Below, one piece after another: positions 29,075 through 39,159 of a stretch of 64,000 bases of DNA (position 1 is the first letter of the stretch; each line of letters begins with the position of its first letter). The notes beneath the pieces are model-generated. The model had not been told where the DNA came from. It worked only from the letters and a program-made list of their open reading frames with translations, and ran no database searches. A program made the translations under genes and the position numbers. The stretch comes from Candidatus Latescibacterota bacterium (GTDB lineage: Bacteria; Latescibacterota; UBA2968; UBA8231). The stretch covers positions 2,112,001 to 2,176,000 of the forward strand of contig CBDFJF010000001.1 of the NCBI GenBank assembly GCA_965248265.1, read 5' to 3'.

Positions 29075-30826
29075 CTATCCAACCACTGGACGGCGCTCAA
29101 ACTCGATCATGAACTGGGTACCGCTCTCTCGATGGACCTGCATCGTGCCCTTGAGCTGACCGACGAGAATGTTGACCAACTTCAACCCCAGGGACTTGCT
29201 GTCCTGTACGTCCACGTCGCCGGGTAAGCCGATGCCGTCGTCGCTGATCTCCAGGGTGATGGCGTGCTCCCGTTGTCGCAGATCGATGCGCAGCTCTCCG
29301 CCCCTGTCCGCGAAGGCATGCTTCAACGAATTGGAGACCAACTCATTTATGATCAGGCCGCAGGGAATGGCCTGGTCTATCCCCAGGCTCACTTCCTCTA
29401 CGTTGACACCCAGGGCCACCTGTGAAGAGACCCGGTACGACTGGAAAAGACTGGTCGCCAATGCCTGGACGTAGTCGGCGAAATCAAGCCTGGCAAGGTC
29501 CTCGGACAGGTACAGCTTTTCGTGAATCAAGGCCATCGACTTAACCCGATGCTGGCTCTCCGTGAACATCTCTGTCCCGCGTCGGTCGGGCAGGTATTCC
29601 GATTGCAGATTCAGCAGGCTCGAGATGACCTGCAGGTTGTTCTTAACCCGGTGGTGTATCTCCTTGAGCAGGATCTCCTTCTCCTGCAGCGAACGCTTGA
29701 TGCGCTCTTCGGCGCGCACCCGCTCGCTGAGATCGACGGCGCTCAACACGTAACCCCCTTCCCCGCTACTCTCGCTCCTGTCCTCCAACCCGGCGACGCT
29801 AACCAGGACTGGTATCCGCTCCTCGGTGCGAGACCGCAAGGTCGACTCCCGAGTTCCACCTTCCGTCTGCAGCAGCTCCTCCGCGTTTTCAAACAAATAG
29901 CTGACTGGCTGGCCGCGCAGATCGGACTCGCTGTAACCAGACAACTCGCAGACGCTTCGATTGAGCATTCGAATGATGCCGTCGGCGTTGGAGACCAACA
30001 GCAGATCCCGCATACCGGTGAGGATGCTGTCCAGAAAATCCTTCGATACCGTCGTAGCGGCCAGATCGCGGCTCATGCGATTGAAACTGATCGCGAGCCT
30101 TCCCATTTCGTCGTTCGACAGCACCGGAACGGTCTCTCCCAATTCTCCCTGACCCAACCGCTCGGTCGCCGTCGCCATCAGGTGAACCGGACGCAGGATC
30201 CTGCGCACATAAAACAGGCTGATGCCCATCGCCAGCAAATTGACGAGGGTCACGATCCAGAGCACTTGATTCGAAATCTGATCAGCCGTGTCCAGAGTGG
30301 GTCCCAGCGGCAGGGCCAGACGGATGGTACCAAGGCGTCGCCGGGCGTGGTCGTGTCTGGTCCCCAGAAACAGAAACTCTTCGTCGGCACCTGCCCGCCT
30401 GCGCGCCTCCCACACTGGAAAAGAGAGATCGACGATGGGGCGACCGTCGCGTTGGACGCGCTCGTTCAGCGGCGCGTCCGCCTTCACGGCCGCCTTCGTG
30501 AAGCGATCGGAGTACAGCTTGCCAGTCTCCATCACGTTGGTGTGGGCGACCACGCGTCCTTCCCTGTCCAGGACCATGACGTATTCGCTGCCCATGTTTG
30601 TATCAATCTGTTGCAGCAGGGGCAGCAAAGCGTGCTCATCACCAGACTCAAAGCTGGCGACGACCCCCGGACTCTGGGCGAGGTTGAGAGTGACTGACCG
30701 CCCCGTCTCAACGACGTTCTTCACCAGTACGCTCTGCACGGCCCGGGTGGCAAACAACGATACTGTTACCACAGACAACCCGAAGGTCGGGATGAAGAGG
30801 AGGAGAATTTTCCTGGTGATTCTCAT
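29075..30826 (-). CDS. Membrane sensor kinase (TM-periplasmic-TM-HAMP-PAS-HisKA_2-HATPase)
   Basis: HAMP DEMGRLAISFNRM, PAS, EIHHRVKNNLQ, NELVSNSLKHAF, DDGIG. Confidence 0.92.
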   Translation of the reverse strand: MRITRKILLLFIPTFGLSVVTVSLFATRAVQSVLVKNVVETGRSVTLNLAQSPGVVASFESGDEHALLPLLQQIDTNMGSEYVMVLDREGRVVAHTNVMETGKLYSDRFTKAAVKADAPLNERVQRDGRPIVDLSFPVWEARRRAGADEEFLFLGTRHDHARRRLGTIRLALPLGPTLDTADQISNQVLWIVTLVNLLAMGISLFYVRRILRPVHLMATATERLGQGELGETVPVLSNDEMGRLAISFNRMSRDLAATTVSKDFLDSILTGMRDLLLVSNADGIIRMLNRSVCELSGYSESDLRGQPVSYLFENAEELLQTEGGTRESTLRSRTEERIPVLVSVAGLEDRSESSGEGGYVLSAVDLSERVRAEERIKRSLQEKEILLKEIHHRVKNNLQVISSLLNLQSEYLPDRRGTEMFTESQHRVKSMALIHEKLYLSEDLARLDFADYVQALATSLFQSYRVSSQVALGVNVEEVSLGIDQAIPCGLIINELVSNSLKHAFADRGGELRIDLRQREHAITLEISDDGIGLPGDVDVQDSKSLGLKLVNILVGQLKGTMQVHRESGTQFMIEFERRPVVG

Positions 30827-30839
30827 GGCGATTCAGCGC

Positions 30840-31781
30840 TCATGGACGCGAGCCGACGATTTCATCCGCCGCCGCCAGCGCAGCAGGGGCCAGCGACAAT
30901 CCAGCCTGCTCAGCGGACACCTGGTTCACGGTGACTTCAATCTGTTTTGGATAGACATCCGGCTGGATTCGTTCCCCCGCGAGTATCCGCCGCACCTCGA
31001 TGGCCGCGGCGGCACCGATTTGCCGGAAACTGGGTGCCACGGAAGCCGTCGCCCCGGACTGGGCCAGTCCACTTGTGGGCGCATAAAAAGGAATGTCGTT
31101 GGACCAGGAAAATTCCCGTATCACGGAAATACTTTGCGGATTGATCAACAACGGATCCGGCGGCAGCCACAGTGCATCAATGTCCTGTTTCATCAGCGCT
31201 CGCAGATGTTCTGGCAATTCCTTGGCTGACTCCAAATGCTGGTTGAAGATTTCAATCCCATGATCTTCGGCTGCCAGCCTCATGTCACTGATGAAACGCT
31301 TCGGTGTCTTCAGCACCTGCAGGACCCCCAACCGCCGCAGCCGTGGCTGCAAGAGGTGCAGGGTCTCGAGTATTCGTGAGGGCGGTGGCAGCAGGTGAAC
31401 GTGCGCCGTTTTGGCCGATCGCCGGGCGCGCTCGATTGATGCCCCGGGAGCCATACAATGAACTCGGGTCACGGTCTCGGGATAGCTGGCCAGCGCCGCT
31501 CGCGTACCGAAGGTGGCCACTACTCGGGTCTCAAGGGGAAGCTCGACTGCTGAGGAACTCATGCTCACGACTGTGGCTGAAGACTCGAGCGAATCGAGAA
31601 AACCCTCATACGCCTCCCTGTAGGGCGCTAGCTGTGAGCTGAGAACGACGACGACCTCCTGTGCCTGCACCAGGGACGGATACAGGATCAAAGCCAATGC
31701 GAATACGGCGGCGCCCGATCGCCCGCGGAAACGACACCTTGCCGCTAGGAAGTTCCTCAAAGTCGTCAAAGCGTTCATCAA
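30840..31781 (-). CDS. Periplasmic substrate-binding-fold protein (ABC_sub_bind-like)
   Basis: Signal peptide; VVLSSQLAPYREAYEGF, DALWLPPDP, GATASV, VNQVSAEQAGL. Confidence 0.75.
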   Translation of the reverse strand: MMNALTTLRNFLAARCRFRGRSGAAVFALALILYPSLVQAQEVVVVLSSQLAPYREAYEGFLDSLESSATVVSMSSSAVELPLETRVVATFGTRAALASYPETVTRVHCMAPGASIERARRSAKTAHVHLLPPPSRILETLHLLQPRLRRLGVLQVLKTPKRFISDMRLAAEDHGIEIFNQHLESAKELPEHLRALMKQDIDALWLPPDPLLINPQSISVIREFSWSNDIPFYAPTSGLAQSGATASVAPSFRQIGAAAAIEVRRILAGERIQPDVYPKQIEVTVNQVSAEQAGLSLAPAALAAADEIVGSRP

Positions 31782-33766
31782 AATGCGTAGGTGACTCTGA
31801 GGCTATGCCGGGAGCGGATGATTTCGCCAGATTGACCTGCCGTCAGCACGCCCTCGGAAGGCAGAATCTCGAAGTGATCGTTGTCGAAGAGATTGAAGGC
31901 GTGCCCCTCGATCTGCCAGCCCTGTAAAGGACCGGAAAACGAATAGCCGGCACGCACGTTCACGAGTGAGTACGCGTCAACCTCTCCGAAAGCAGATTGG
32001 AGCGTTATGACTTGGTTGCGATTCCAGCTGGTTTGCCCGACGCGATGGTACACGGCGTCCAACACGAATCCGCCCGCCGTCCAAGCTGCGCCGACCGTGG
32101 TCTTGTGGCGAGGCGTACCCCCACCTGAGGCCTGGCTGTCGATGGTACCGGTCAGTTTTTGATACGAATGATTACCGTACAGATCGAGGTTCGAGAGGGC
32201 CTGGAACGCGGCGCCGATTTCCAGACCTCTGCCCCGGGTCTGCCCCATGTTGGTGAACGAGCTGTTGGCCGTGATGGTGGTGGAGTCGGAGACGGCGACC
32301 TCCAGTTCTGAGGCCGCGTAGATATCGTCGAGGCGATAGTGAAAAATGGCGAAGTGAGACCGCAGCCGGTTGAGGTAGCTGCCGGTGTGGGCAAACTCAA
32401 TGAAGCGCATCCGTTCGGGCTCCAGAGCGGTATTGCCGACGACTCGGAAGTCTACCGTGCTCAGATCGCCCAGCAGGGACAGCAGGGCCGCCGACAGACC
32501 GAGTTGAGTTATGTCGACGGAACCGCGGATGTCGACATGATTGTCGAACAGATTCGGATTCCTGTACGAGGTACCGCTGGATACCCGCAGCACCTGCGTG
32601 GGCTCGAGAGTGTACAGAATGCTCATCCGCGGTGAGAATTCTGTTCCGGTGTGAGGATGGCGGTCAATCCTCCCGCTGATCCACACATCCGTTTTCTCTG
32701 ATGCCCGCCAGTGCCCCTCAGAGAACGCGGACCACAGGTGATGGGTCGCGACCGCTATTTCGGAATCGACGGCGTCGCGCCTGTACTCCGCCCCCGAGAC
32801 CAGCTGGATTCGGGGCGAAATGGCGAATGCCTTCTGTACCATGCCATCGAAGGCGTCAAAATCCGCTCCCGTCGCTGAACCCTGGGCGAATTCCTTGAGC
32901 AACGATCTGCCGAGTGTCCAAGAGAGTGTCGCCTGTCCGCCTTCACCGTCGGCGTAGTCGGCTCGGACAAATCGACGACGCCCTTCCTCGGTCGTGCGAC
33001 CCAGCCCCCCAACGGAGACATCGGTCTCGTGTGAGGCGCCACCCACTTCGAAGGTTGCGGATCGCCCCTGCCCCCAGCGGAACCCTATTTCTCCATGTGC
33101 CTTCTTGGATTCCGTGGCGGAGCGATCGCCATCCTCGAAACGACCCAGCCCCCTCCAGTCCCCTGCCAGCTTGTAGTCGATGCGCTCACCGGCCGCTCCG
33201 TAGGCAAGGCTGCCTGATTGTGTGCCTCGATCACCGATAGCCGTTCGAACGCGGCCGCCTCCGAGTTGTGCCGGTGTCGCAGTAATGATATTGATGACGC
33301 CGTTGATGGCGTTGGCACCGTACAGAGCGGAGGCTGGCCCCTCGACGATCTCGATCCTCTCGATCTCATCCGTCGGTATCGGAAACGCCTCCCAGTCAGG
33401 ACCCTCGGTGTGGGCATCCAGCACCCGCCTGCCATCGACCAGTATCAGGGTGCGGGCGTTTGTGAGTTTGTTGAGTCCTCGTATGCTGACAGCTGGGTGG
33501 CCGGTGCGAGCGCTGGCCACGTCGACACCGGGAACGCCTCGCAGCGCGTCCCACAGCAGGTGTGACCCAAAGGCGTCGAGCTGCCGGCGTGTTACCACGT
33601 GCACGGTTGCCGGGGCTTCGTGGCGGGCTTGGGGCTGGCGCGCTGCCGTGATGACCCGCGCCTCCTCACGAAAGAAGTCGAATGCGTCCGGATCGGTCGC
33701 CTCCGAGGGTGCAAGCCAGGCGGCCTGCAACACCGCCACGCATAACCATCGATTGAGGTGAGTCAC
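31778..33766 (-). CDS. TonB-dependent receptor
   Basis: VITAARQPQ..EAPATVHVVT, IERIEIVEGPASALYGANAINGVINIIT, C-terminal YAF. GTG 33766 preferred; the ORF extends to 33865. Confidence 0.92.
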   Translation of the reverse strand: MTHLNRWLCVAVLQAAWLAPSEATDPDAFDFFREEARVITAARQPQARHEAPATVHVVTRRQLDAFGSHLLWDALRGVPGVDVASARTGHPAVSIRGLNKLTNARTLILVDGRRVLDAHTEGPDWEAFPIPTDEIERIEIVEGPASALYGANAINGVINIITATPAQLGGGRVRTAIGDRGTQSGSLAYGAAGERIDYKLAGDWRGLGRFEDGDRSATESKKAHGEIGFRWGQGRSATFEVGGASHETDVSVGGLGRTTEEGRRRFVRADYADGEGGQATLSWTLGRSLLKEFAQGSATGADFDAFDGMVQKAFAISPRIQLVSGAEYRRDAVDSEIAVATHHLWSAFSEGHWRASEKTDVWISGRIDRHPHTGTEFSPRMSILYTLEPTQVLRVSSGTSYRNPNLFDNHVDIRGSVDITQLGLSAALLSLLGDLSTVDFRVVGNTALEPERMRFIEFAHTGSYLNRLRSHFAIFHYRLDDIYAASELEVAVSDSTTITANSSFTNMGQTRGRGLEIGAAFQALSNLDLYGNHSYQKLTGTIDSQASGGGTPRHKTTVGAAWTAGGFVLDAVYHRVGQTSWNRNQVITLQSAFGEVDAYSLVNVRAGYSFSGPLQGWQIEGHAFNLFDNDHFEILPSEGVLTAGQSGEIIRSRHSLRVTYAF

Positions 33767-33995
33767 TGGCTCGATTCTTTGTTTGTGTGCCTGAAGGGGG
33801 ACAACGATAACGGGAATTGAAACTATCTCGCCCTCTGTCCCCTGACAACTCTGTGGCCATGGCAATCGGGTCCAGGATTCCGGCCAGCGGTGACGCGGAC
33901 AGGGCCGGGGGTTTTTTGTGGGCGGATGCAGTATTGTGCCTTATTTTTCAAGGTTGCTCTGGAGATTTACCCAAGACCGGAATCGGACTCGGAAT

Positions 33996-35744
33996 ATGCC
34001 CGGGGAATGGCAAAACGTAGGCCTGCTGCGCGCGGCCAAGAATGGCAACACCAAGAACGTGCGCACCTTGCTGCTCGATGGCGCCAACGTCAACGCCACC
34101 GACGAGGCCGGCAGCACGCCATTGATGCTGGCCTCGGGTCTGGGGCACGTTGAATCGGTACGTGCCATGGTCACGGCCGGAGCCGACATCGACGTCGCCG
34201 ACGGATCAGGCTGGACGGCACTGCTGCGGGCGGCGCGGCGTGGCTTTGTCGACGTCATGCGGGAACTGCTTCAGTCTGGGGCAGACATCAATGCCCAGGA
34301 CCGGCTTGGCTGGAATGCCCTGTGCCGGTCGGCGCGCAGCGGTCACGTGGAGTCGGTGCAGTTGCTGCTGGAAGCCGGCATCGACGTCGAGGCCAAGAAC
34401 TCGGAAGGCAATACGGCGTTAATGGTTGCGACGGGCGGGGGGTTTACCGACGTGGTCGAATTGTTGCTGCAGGTCGGAGTGGATGTCGATGCCCAGAACA
34501 ATGCCCGGCACACAGCACTGATGTTCGCCTCCCTCAGAGGTCCGGTGGAACTCGTCTGGCAGCTGCTGCAGGCCGGCGCCGATGTGACGCTTACCGACGC
34601 CACCGGAACAACCGCCCTCATGCTGGCGGCCAAACAGGGACAACTGGGAGCGGTTCGAGTACTGCTGAAGGCGGGATCCGACATCCAGGCCAAAGACCGC
34701 CTGGGACGCTCGGCGTTGACTCATGCAGCGTCAAACGAAAAGGTCCGCACGCTCCTGGAGGTGGCGGAGAAGGCGATCGCCACGGATGCCGCCGGCAACA
34801 GCGCCCTCGGCGAAGCCGCCAAATCGGGAAGCGCCGTGCAGATGCAGGCACTGATCAACGCCGGCGCCGATGTCAACGTCAAAGACGAATCCGGACGAAC
34901 ACCGCTCATGCATGCCACATCGAAGGAAGTCGTGCATCTGCTGGCCAAAGCCGGAGCCGATCTGGATGCGAAGGACCAGGGGGGTCGTACGGCACTGATG
35001 CACGCGGCGCGAACCGCATTGATGCAGGCGGCCCGCAAGGGCAACCTGGAAGTGTCACAGGCTTTACTCGAGACCGGCGCCGACGTCAATGCCCGAGACC
35101 GGCACGGCAAGACCGCTCTGATGTACGCGGTGGAAGCGGGGCATCTCGAGGTCACCCAATCCTTGATCGAGGCAGGCGCCGACGTCTCTGCGACCCTGAA
35201 CCAGGGCCGCACCGTGTTGATGTTCGCGGCCACTAGGGAAGTAACGGAGATGCTGCTGACCTCGGGCGCCGACCCGAATGCCTGCGACGAAGGAGGGCGT
35301 ACACCCCTGATCTATGCGGCCTCAGGCCAGGTTGTCAAGGCACTGCTGAAAGCCGGCGCCGATGTCAACGCCAAAGATTCAGAGGGCAACACACCATTGA
35401 TGTGCGCTGCCGACGACGGCGATGTGGACGTCCTCATCTCCCTGCTGGAAGCAGGTGCGGACATCAACGCTTCCACTACTACTGGACGCACGGCGCTCAT
35501 GTTTTCCGCCAGTCCGGAAATCGTCGAGGCGCTCGCCGAGGCCGGCGCCGACGTCACCGCCAGGGACGGTGCCGGCAACACGGCCCTGCTATGTGTGGTC
35601 GAGGAGGGCGACGCCGCCGTGGTGCGGGCTCTCGTAGAGGCCGGCGTCAAAGTCAGTGCATCGAACAAGGAAGGTCAGACCGCACTGAAGCTGGCAATGG
35701 AAGCCGGGCATGCGGATATCGTCAAGGGCCTCAAAGGAGCCTGA
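33996..35744 (+). CDS. Ankyrin-repeat protein (roughly 17 repeats, no other domain)
   Basis: Serial GxTPLMxAA...LLxAGADVNAxD units. Confidence 0.93.
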   Translation: MPGEWQNVGLLRAAKNGNTKNVRTLLLDGANVNATDEAGSTPLMLASGLGHVESVRAMVTAGADIDVADGSGWTALLRAARRGFVDVMRELLQSGADINAQDRLGWNALCRSARSGHVESVQLLLEAGIDVEAKNSEGNTALMVATGGGFTDVVELLLQVGVDVDAQNNARHTALMFASLRGPVELVWQLLQAGADVTLTDATGTTALMLAAKQGQLGAVRVLLKAGSDIQAKDRLGRSALTHAASNEKVRTLLEVAEKAIATDAAGNSALGEAAKSGSAVQMQALINAGADVNVKDESGRTPLMHATSKEVVHLLAKAGADLDAKDQGGRTALMHAARTALMQAARKGNLEVSQALLETGADVNARDRHGKTALMYAVEAGHLEVTQSLIEAGADVSATLNQGRTVLMFAATREVTEMLLTSGADPNACDEGGRTPLIYAASGQVVKALLKAGADVNAKDSEGNTPLMCAADDGDVDVLISLLEAGADINASTTTGRTALMFSASPEIVEALAEAGADVTARDGAGNTALLCVVEEGDAAVVRALVEAGVKVSASNKEGQTALKLAMEAGHADIVKGLKGA

Positions 35745-35747
35745 CAG

Positions 35748-38132
35748 TCATCCACCCGGCTCAGTGGTCGCTACGATGTCCTTGCCGGACTTGCTGAACG
35801 CCACTCCAGCTGATCGTGCACCCGTCTCGAGCACGGCCTCCCCAATCTTGATCATCACCCCCGCCGCAACCTCTTCGCTGATCGTGATCGGGATGCCCTC
35901 GTAGATCCGGTTCTGTTTCTCCTCGAGTTCCCGCTTGAACTCCTGAGACTGTGTCCGCGACGAAGCCACCAGTTTCAGCTGCCTCAAGAGACCTGCAACC
36001 TTTTTTCTCTCGTGTGGGGGGCTGGTCTCGATGAGCCGTTTGAAATGGGTGGCGCTGATCTCGTTGACCCCGAGCGTGCGGAAAATGCGCAATGTATGGG
36101 TACGGCACGTTTCCAACCCGCGCTCCGCCTGCTCGATCTTGGAACTGAGTTCCCCGTCGGGGACAATCCTGAGCAAGCTCTCATCTTCTCCACGGTCGAT
36201 GACGCGAGCTTCGATCCCGATTCCTGCTGTGAGTGCTCCGCCAGTGACGCGTCCGCTGCCCGTGGGAGCGAAAAGCAAGCGTCCTCCGGCGTGCAGCGTG
36301 GCGTTCTCGGAGCGATCACCGATGGTGAGATCACCCCCCGCGGATACACTGGACTGCGCTGTGAAGCCAACCCTAACATCCCCTGCGCCCACAACCCGCG
36401 CTTCGCCGACGACGCCGCCTTCCACCGTTACCTCGTCTTCGGAGTCGATCTGGGCCCCGTTCTCAACCGAGCCGTCGATGAGGACGGCGCCCTTGGCCGT
36501 AAGCTTGACTCCGGAATTCAGTGAACCGCGAATGTGCACGTCTCTTCCCTCTTCGACTTCCAGATCCCTGTCCAGATCGCCGTCGATGATCGAGACCGGA
36601 CGCACGCTCAAGACTTGATTCCTGATGTTGGCGCGCCCCTCACGCTCGGCGAACAGGAAAGCGCGGCCTTCGCGGTTTTCGACGCGAACGTTCTTGCCGG
36701 CCATCAAGGTGGCAGTGTCGGCTTCGTCGGTCGAAGTCTGTGCCCCGGTCACATCGATTCCCGGTTTGCCCGCTTTCGGCGGAGTGACCTCGGCCAGCAG
36801 GTCTCCCATCATGACATGTGAAGCATGGTCCCCCGCCTCCACAAAGCTCAAGGTCACTTTGGAGGCTTCTGCTTCAACGCTGGGAGTTCCCTCCGCCAGG
36901 AGAACCGCCTCGGCCGTTGCCGACGATTCAGGCTGCAGCAGCAGTTTCTCCAGCCCGTCCACCTTGAGACCATGGCTCACCTCACACAACTGCAGCAGCT
37001 GCCTCAGCCACTGCTCATTCATCGCGACCTCGGGGCCGATCTGCGGCAGGCAGATGAAATAGGCCTGCATACACTCAGGCGTCAGCCAGACAGGGGGGAG
37101 AATCGAAATCTCGTCGTCGACGATGCAGATATAGCCGTGGAGTTTGGCGATGTAGAACTCACCCACGGATTGAACGTGAGGCCCCGCCCTTAGGAGTTTC
37201 TTTGCCATGACCGCCAGGTCCTCATCGGTCGCGGTGCCACGATCTTCCCCTGCGGGAATGAACTGTGCCAACTCTTCACCCGGCATCGCCAGCCGAGCCG
37301 ATGGGGCACTCGCCAGTACATCCGAAAGTTGACGCTGGGCGTAGGCCTGTTTCAACGCTGCACCAGGCAGTTCGGCGTTTTCCGCCAACGCCTTGAGGCA
37401 AGTGAACTCGATGTGCCCGAGTGTGGATTGATCCAGATCCAGATTAGTACCGATGGGGAAGTGCCCGCGTAGAACCCGGCCGGGTGACGCTGCCGCCTGC
37501 ATGGCCAGGCGCTTTACCATCTCGACATCGAGACCGCCCTGAATGCCGTACTCGTCCCGCAGCACATCGATCATGTCTTGTTCGCTCAGCTTCGCGTCAC
37601 CTCCGAAACTGAGAACTTGAAGGACTGCATCGCTCCTGGTGTGGGAAACTTCAACCTTCATCCAGCCGCTTCTGCTGGGACCGAAGTTGCGCCTTCGGTC
37701 AGAACCGCCAGACGCGGCTGGTAATTGAGGTTCCGGATGGGTCGGTTCAGTGGCATCAAGATCACTGATCGATATGTTGTCGTCATCGCCATCACCTGCT
37801 CCATCGGCTGGCCCGGCTTTGGCCTTCTCCTCCCTCAACTCAGGCAAGTCGGGCACGACGTTGCTCTTGTCGGTGTTGATCGTCACTTCGATGACGCCCA
37901 GGCCTTGGAGTGCTTTAACCTGCGCGTCAGACCTCACCAGCATACCTCCTGCCGCATTAACCTGCTCGTGCCTGCGTTTCATCAACCGCATGCGCCGGCT
38001 GGTTGACTCGCTGTACGCGGCACCACGCAGCTCGAGGAAATGCCGGACCGAGTTGTCCTTCATGACACTCAGAACGCTGGCCTCGAGAAACATACCGGAG
38101 CGCAGCTCTTTGATAGGAATCCTCAGATTCAT
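35748..38132 (-). CDS. FapA/DUF342 family protein with DUF3391-like N-terminus
   Basis: IPIKELRSGMF...GVIEVTINTDKS N-terminus; PPKAGKPGIDVTG, GKNV, beta-helix DVHIRGSL, coiled-coil insert, GVMIKIG. Confidence 0.8.
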   Translation of the reverse strand: MNLRIPIKELRSGMFLEASVLSVMKDNSVRHFLELRGAAYSESTSRRMRLMKRRHEQVNAAGGMLVRSDAQVKALQGLGVIEVTINTDKSNVVPDLPELREEKAKAGPADGAGDGDDDNISISDLDATEPTHPEPQLPAASGGSDRRRNFGPSRSGWMKVEVSHTRSDAVLQVLSFGGDAKLSEQDMIDVLRDEYGIQGGLDVEMVKRLAMQAAASPGRVLRGHFPIGTNLDLDQSTLGHIEFTCLKALAENAELPGAALKQAYAQRQLSDVLASAPSARLAMPGEELAQFIPAGEDRGTATDEDLAVMAKKLLRAGPHVQSVGEFYIAKLHGYICIVDDEISILPPVWLTPECMQAYFICLPQIGPEVAMNEQWLRQLLQLCEVSHGLKVDGLEKLLLQPESSATAEAVLLAEGTPSVEAEASKVTLSFVEAGDHASHVMMGDLLAEVTPPKAGKPGIDVTGAQTSTDEADTATLMAGKNVRVENREGRAFLFAEREGRANIRNQVLSVRPVSIIDGDLDRDLEVEEGRDVHIRGSLNSGVKLTAKGAVLIDGSVENGAQIDSEDEVTVEGGVVGEARVVGAGDVRVGFTAQSSVSAGGDLTIGDRSENATLHAGGRLLFAPTGSGRVTGGALTAGIGIEARVIDRGEDESLLRIVPDGELSSKIEQAERGLETCRTHTLRIFRTLGVNEISATHFKRLIETSPPHERKKVAGLLRQLKLVASSRTQSQEFKRELEEKQNRIYEGIPITISEEVAAGVMIKIGEAVLETGARSAGVAFSKSGKDIVATTEPGG

Positions 38133-38149
38133 GCCGATTATCGATGCGC

Positions 38150-39112
38150 TCAGCGGTCGATATCCTGATCGAGCTCGATGGCCTCGTCGAGCTCATCCTG
38201 CCATTCTGCGGGATCCAACCTGGCCTGAGCATCCTTGATGGCGACGGCGGCCTGCAGGGCAAGGCTGTTGAGCGTTCTCAGGTCTGAATCGACAACCGCA
38301 CGCTGACCGCGGCTCTCCACCTCGATCAAACCCAACATGTGGCCGCGTCGTGCGATCGGCGCCAGCAGATAGTCTTGACCATTGGTCGCAACCGCCGGGA
38401 TCAGCTGCTCCTCCACCTGTGCCAGAACAGCTGCCCGCTGTGGCGATTCCAGCATATTGCTCGCTCTTTGATTCAACTGGTCATCCGGCCATCCGATGGC
38501 GGCTGCGGGACGCAGGTTGTCTTCAGCTTTGAGGTACACCAGCGCTCGATCAACGTCGAGGACGTCGCATATGACTTCCAGCACGAGAGCCAGTGTTTCT
38601 TCGACCGTGTGCACGGTTAACATGTGCTCGTTGATACGGTCCCGGCCCTCGAGCTCACGCACTTTCAGGTTGAGCTCCCGCGTGCGCACCTCGACCGCCT
38701 CAGCCAGATTCCGCATCAGGATCGAGCGTTCGAGATGGGTACGGATACGCGACAACACCTCCTCCTTGCGGAATGGTTTCGTCATGTAGTCCAGGCCACC
38801 GGACTCGAACCCCTCGACGATTCCGGGCAGATCGTCACGGGCGGTCAAAAAGAGCACGGGGATGTGGGCAAGACGCTCATCTCGCTTGAGCCGGCGGCAG
38901 GTCTCGTAGCCGTCAATGCCCGGCATCATCACGTCGAGGAGGATCAGGTCGGGCTCGGAGTTGGCCGCCACCTCGATGGCGCTCTCGCCATCGGCGGCCA
39001 CAAGAATATTGTAGCTCTGGCCTTGTAGTGATTGGACCAACACATCCAGATTGGCCGGCATATCGTCAACGATCAATATCCGGCGGTCAGTCAGGTCGAG
39101 TTCATCAGCCAT
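38150..39112 (-). CDS. Response regulator, REC + GAF, no recognisable output domain
   Basis: [25 protein letters not shown]; [24 protein letters not shown]. Confidence 0.88.
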   Translation of the reverse strand: MADELDLTDRRILIVDDMPANLDVLVQSLQGQSYNILVAADGESAIEVAANSEPDLILLDVMMPGIDGYETCRRLKRDERLAHIPVLFLTARDDLPGIVEGFESGGLDYMTKPFRKEEVLSRIRTHLERSILMRNLAEAVEVRTRELNLKVRELEGRDRINEHMLTVHTVEETLALVLEVICDVLDVDRALVYLKAEDNLRPAAAIGWPDDQLNQRASNMLESPQRAAVLAQVEEQLIPAVATNGQDYLLAPIARRGHMLGLIEVESRGQRAVVDSDLRTLNSLALQAAVAIKDAQARLDPAEWQDELDEAIELDQDIDR

Positions 39113-39159
39113 GGTATTCCCCTCCACTGCAAGTTGGTGATCCCGTCATCATTCGCGTG

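Noticed and set aside
33878-33920. Hairpin plus T-run before the ankyrin gene as an attenuator
   Set aside because: Short stem with a large loop in a divergent promoter region; insufficient support.
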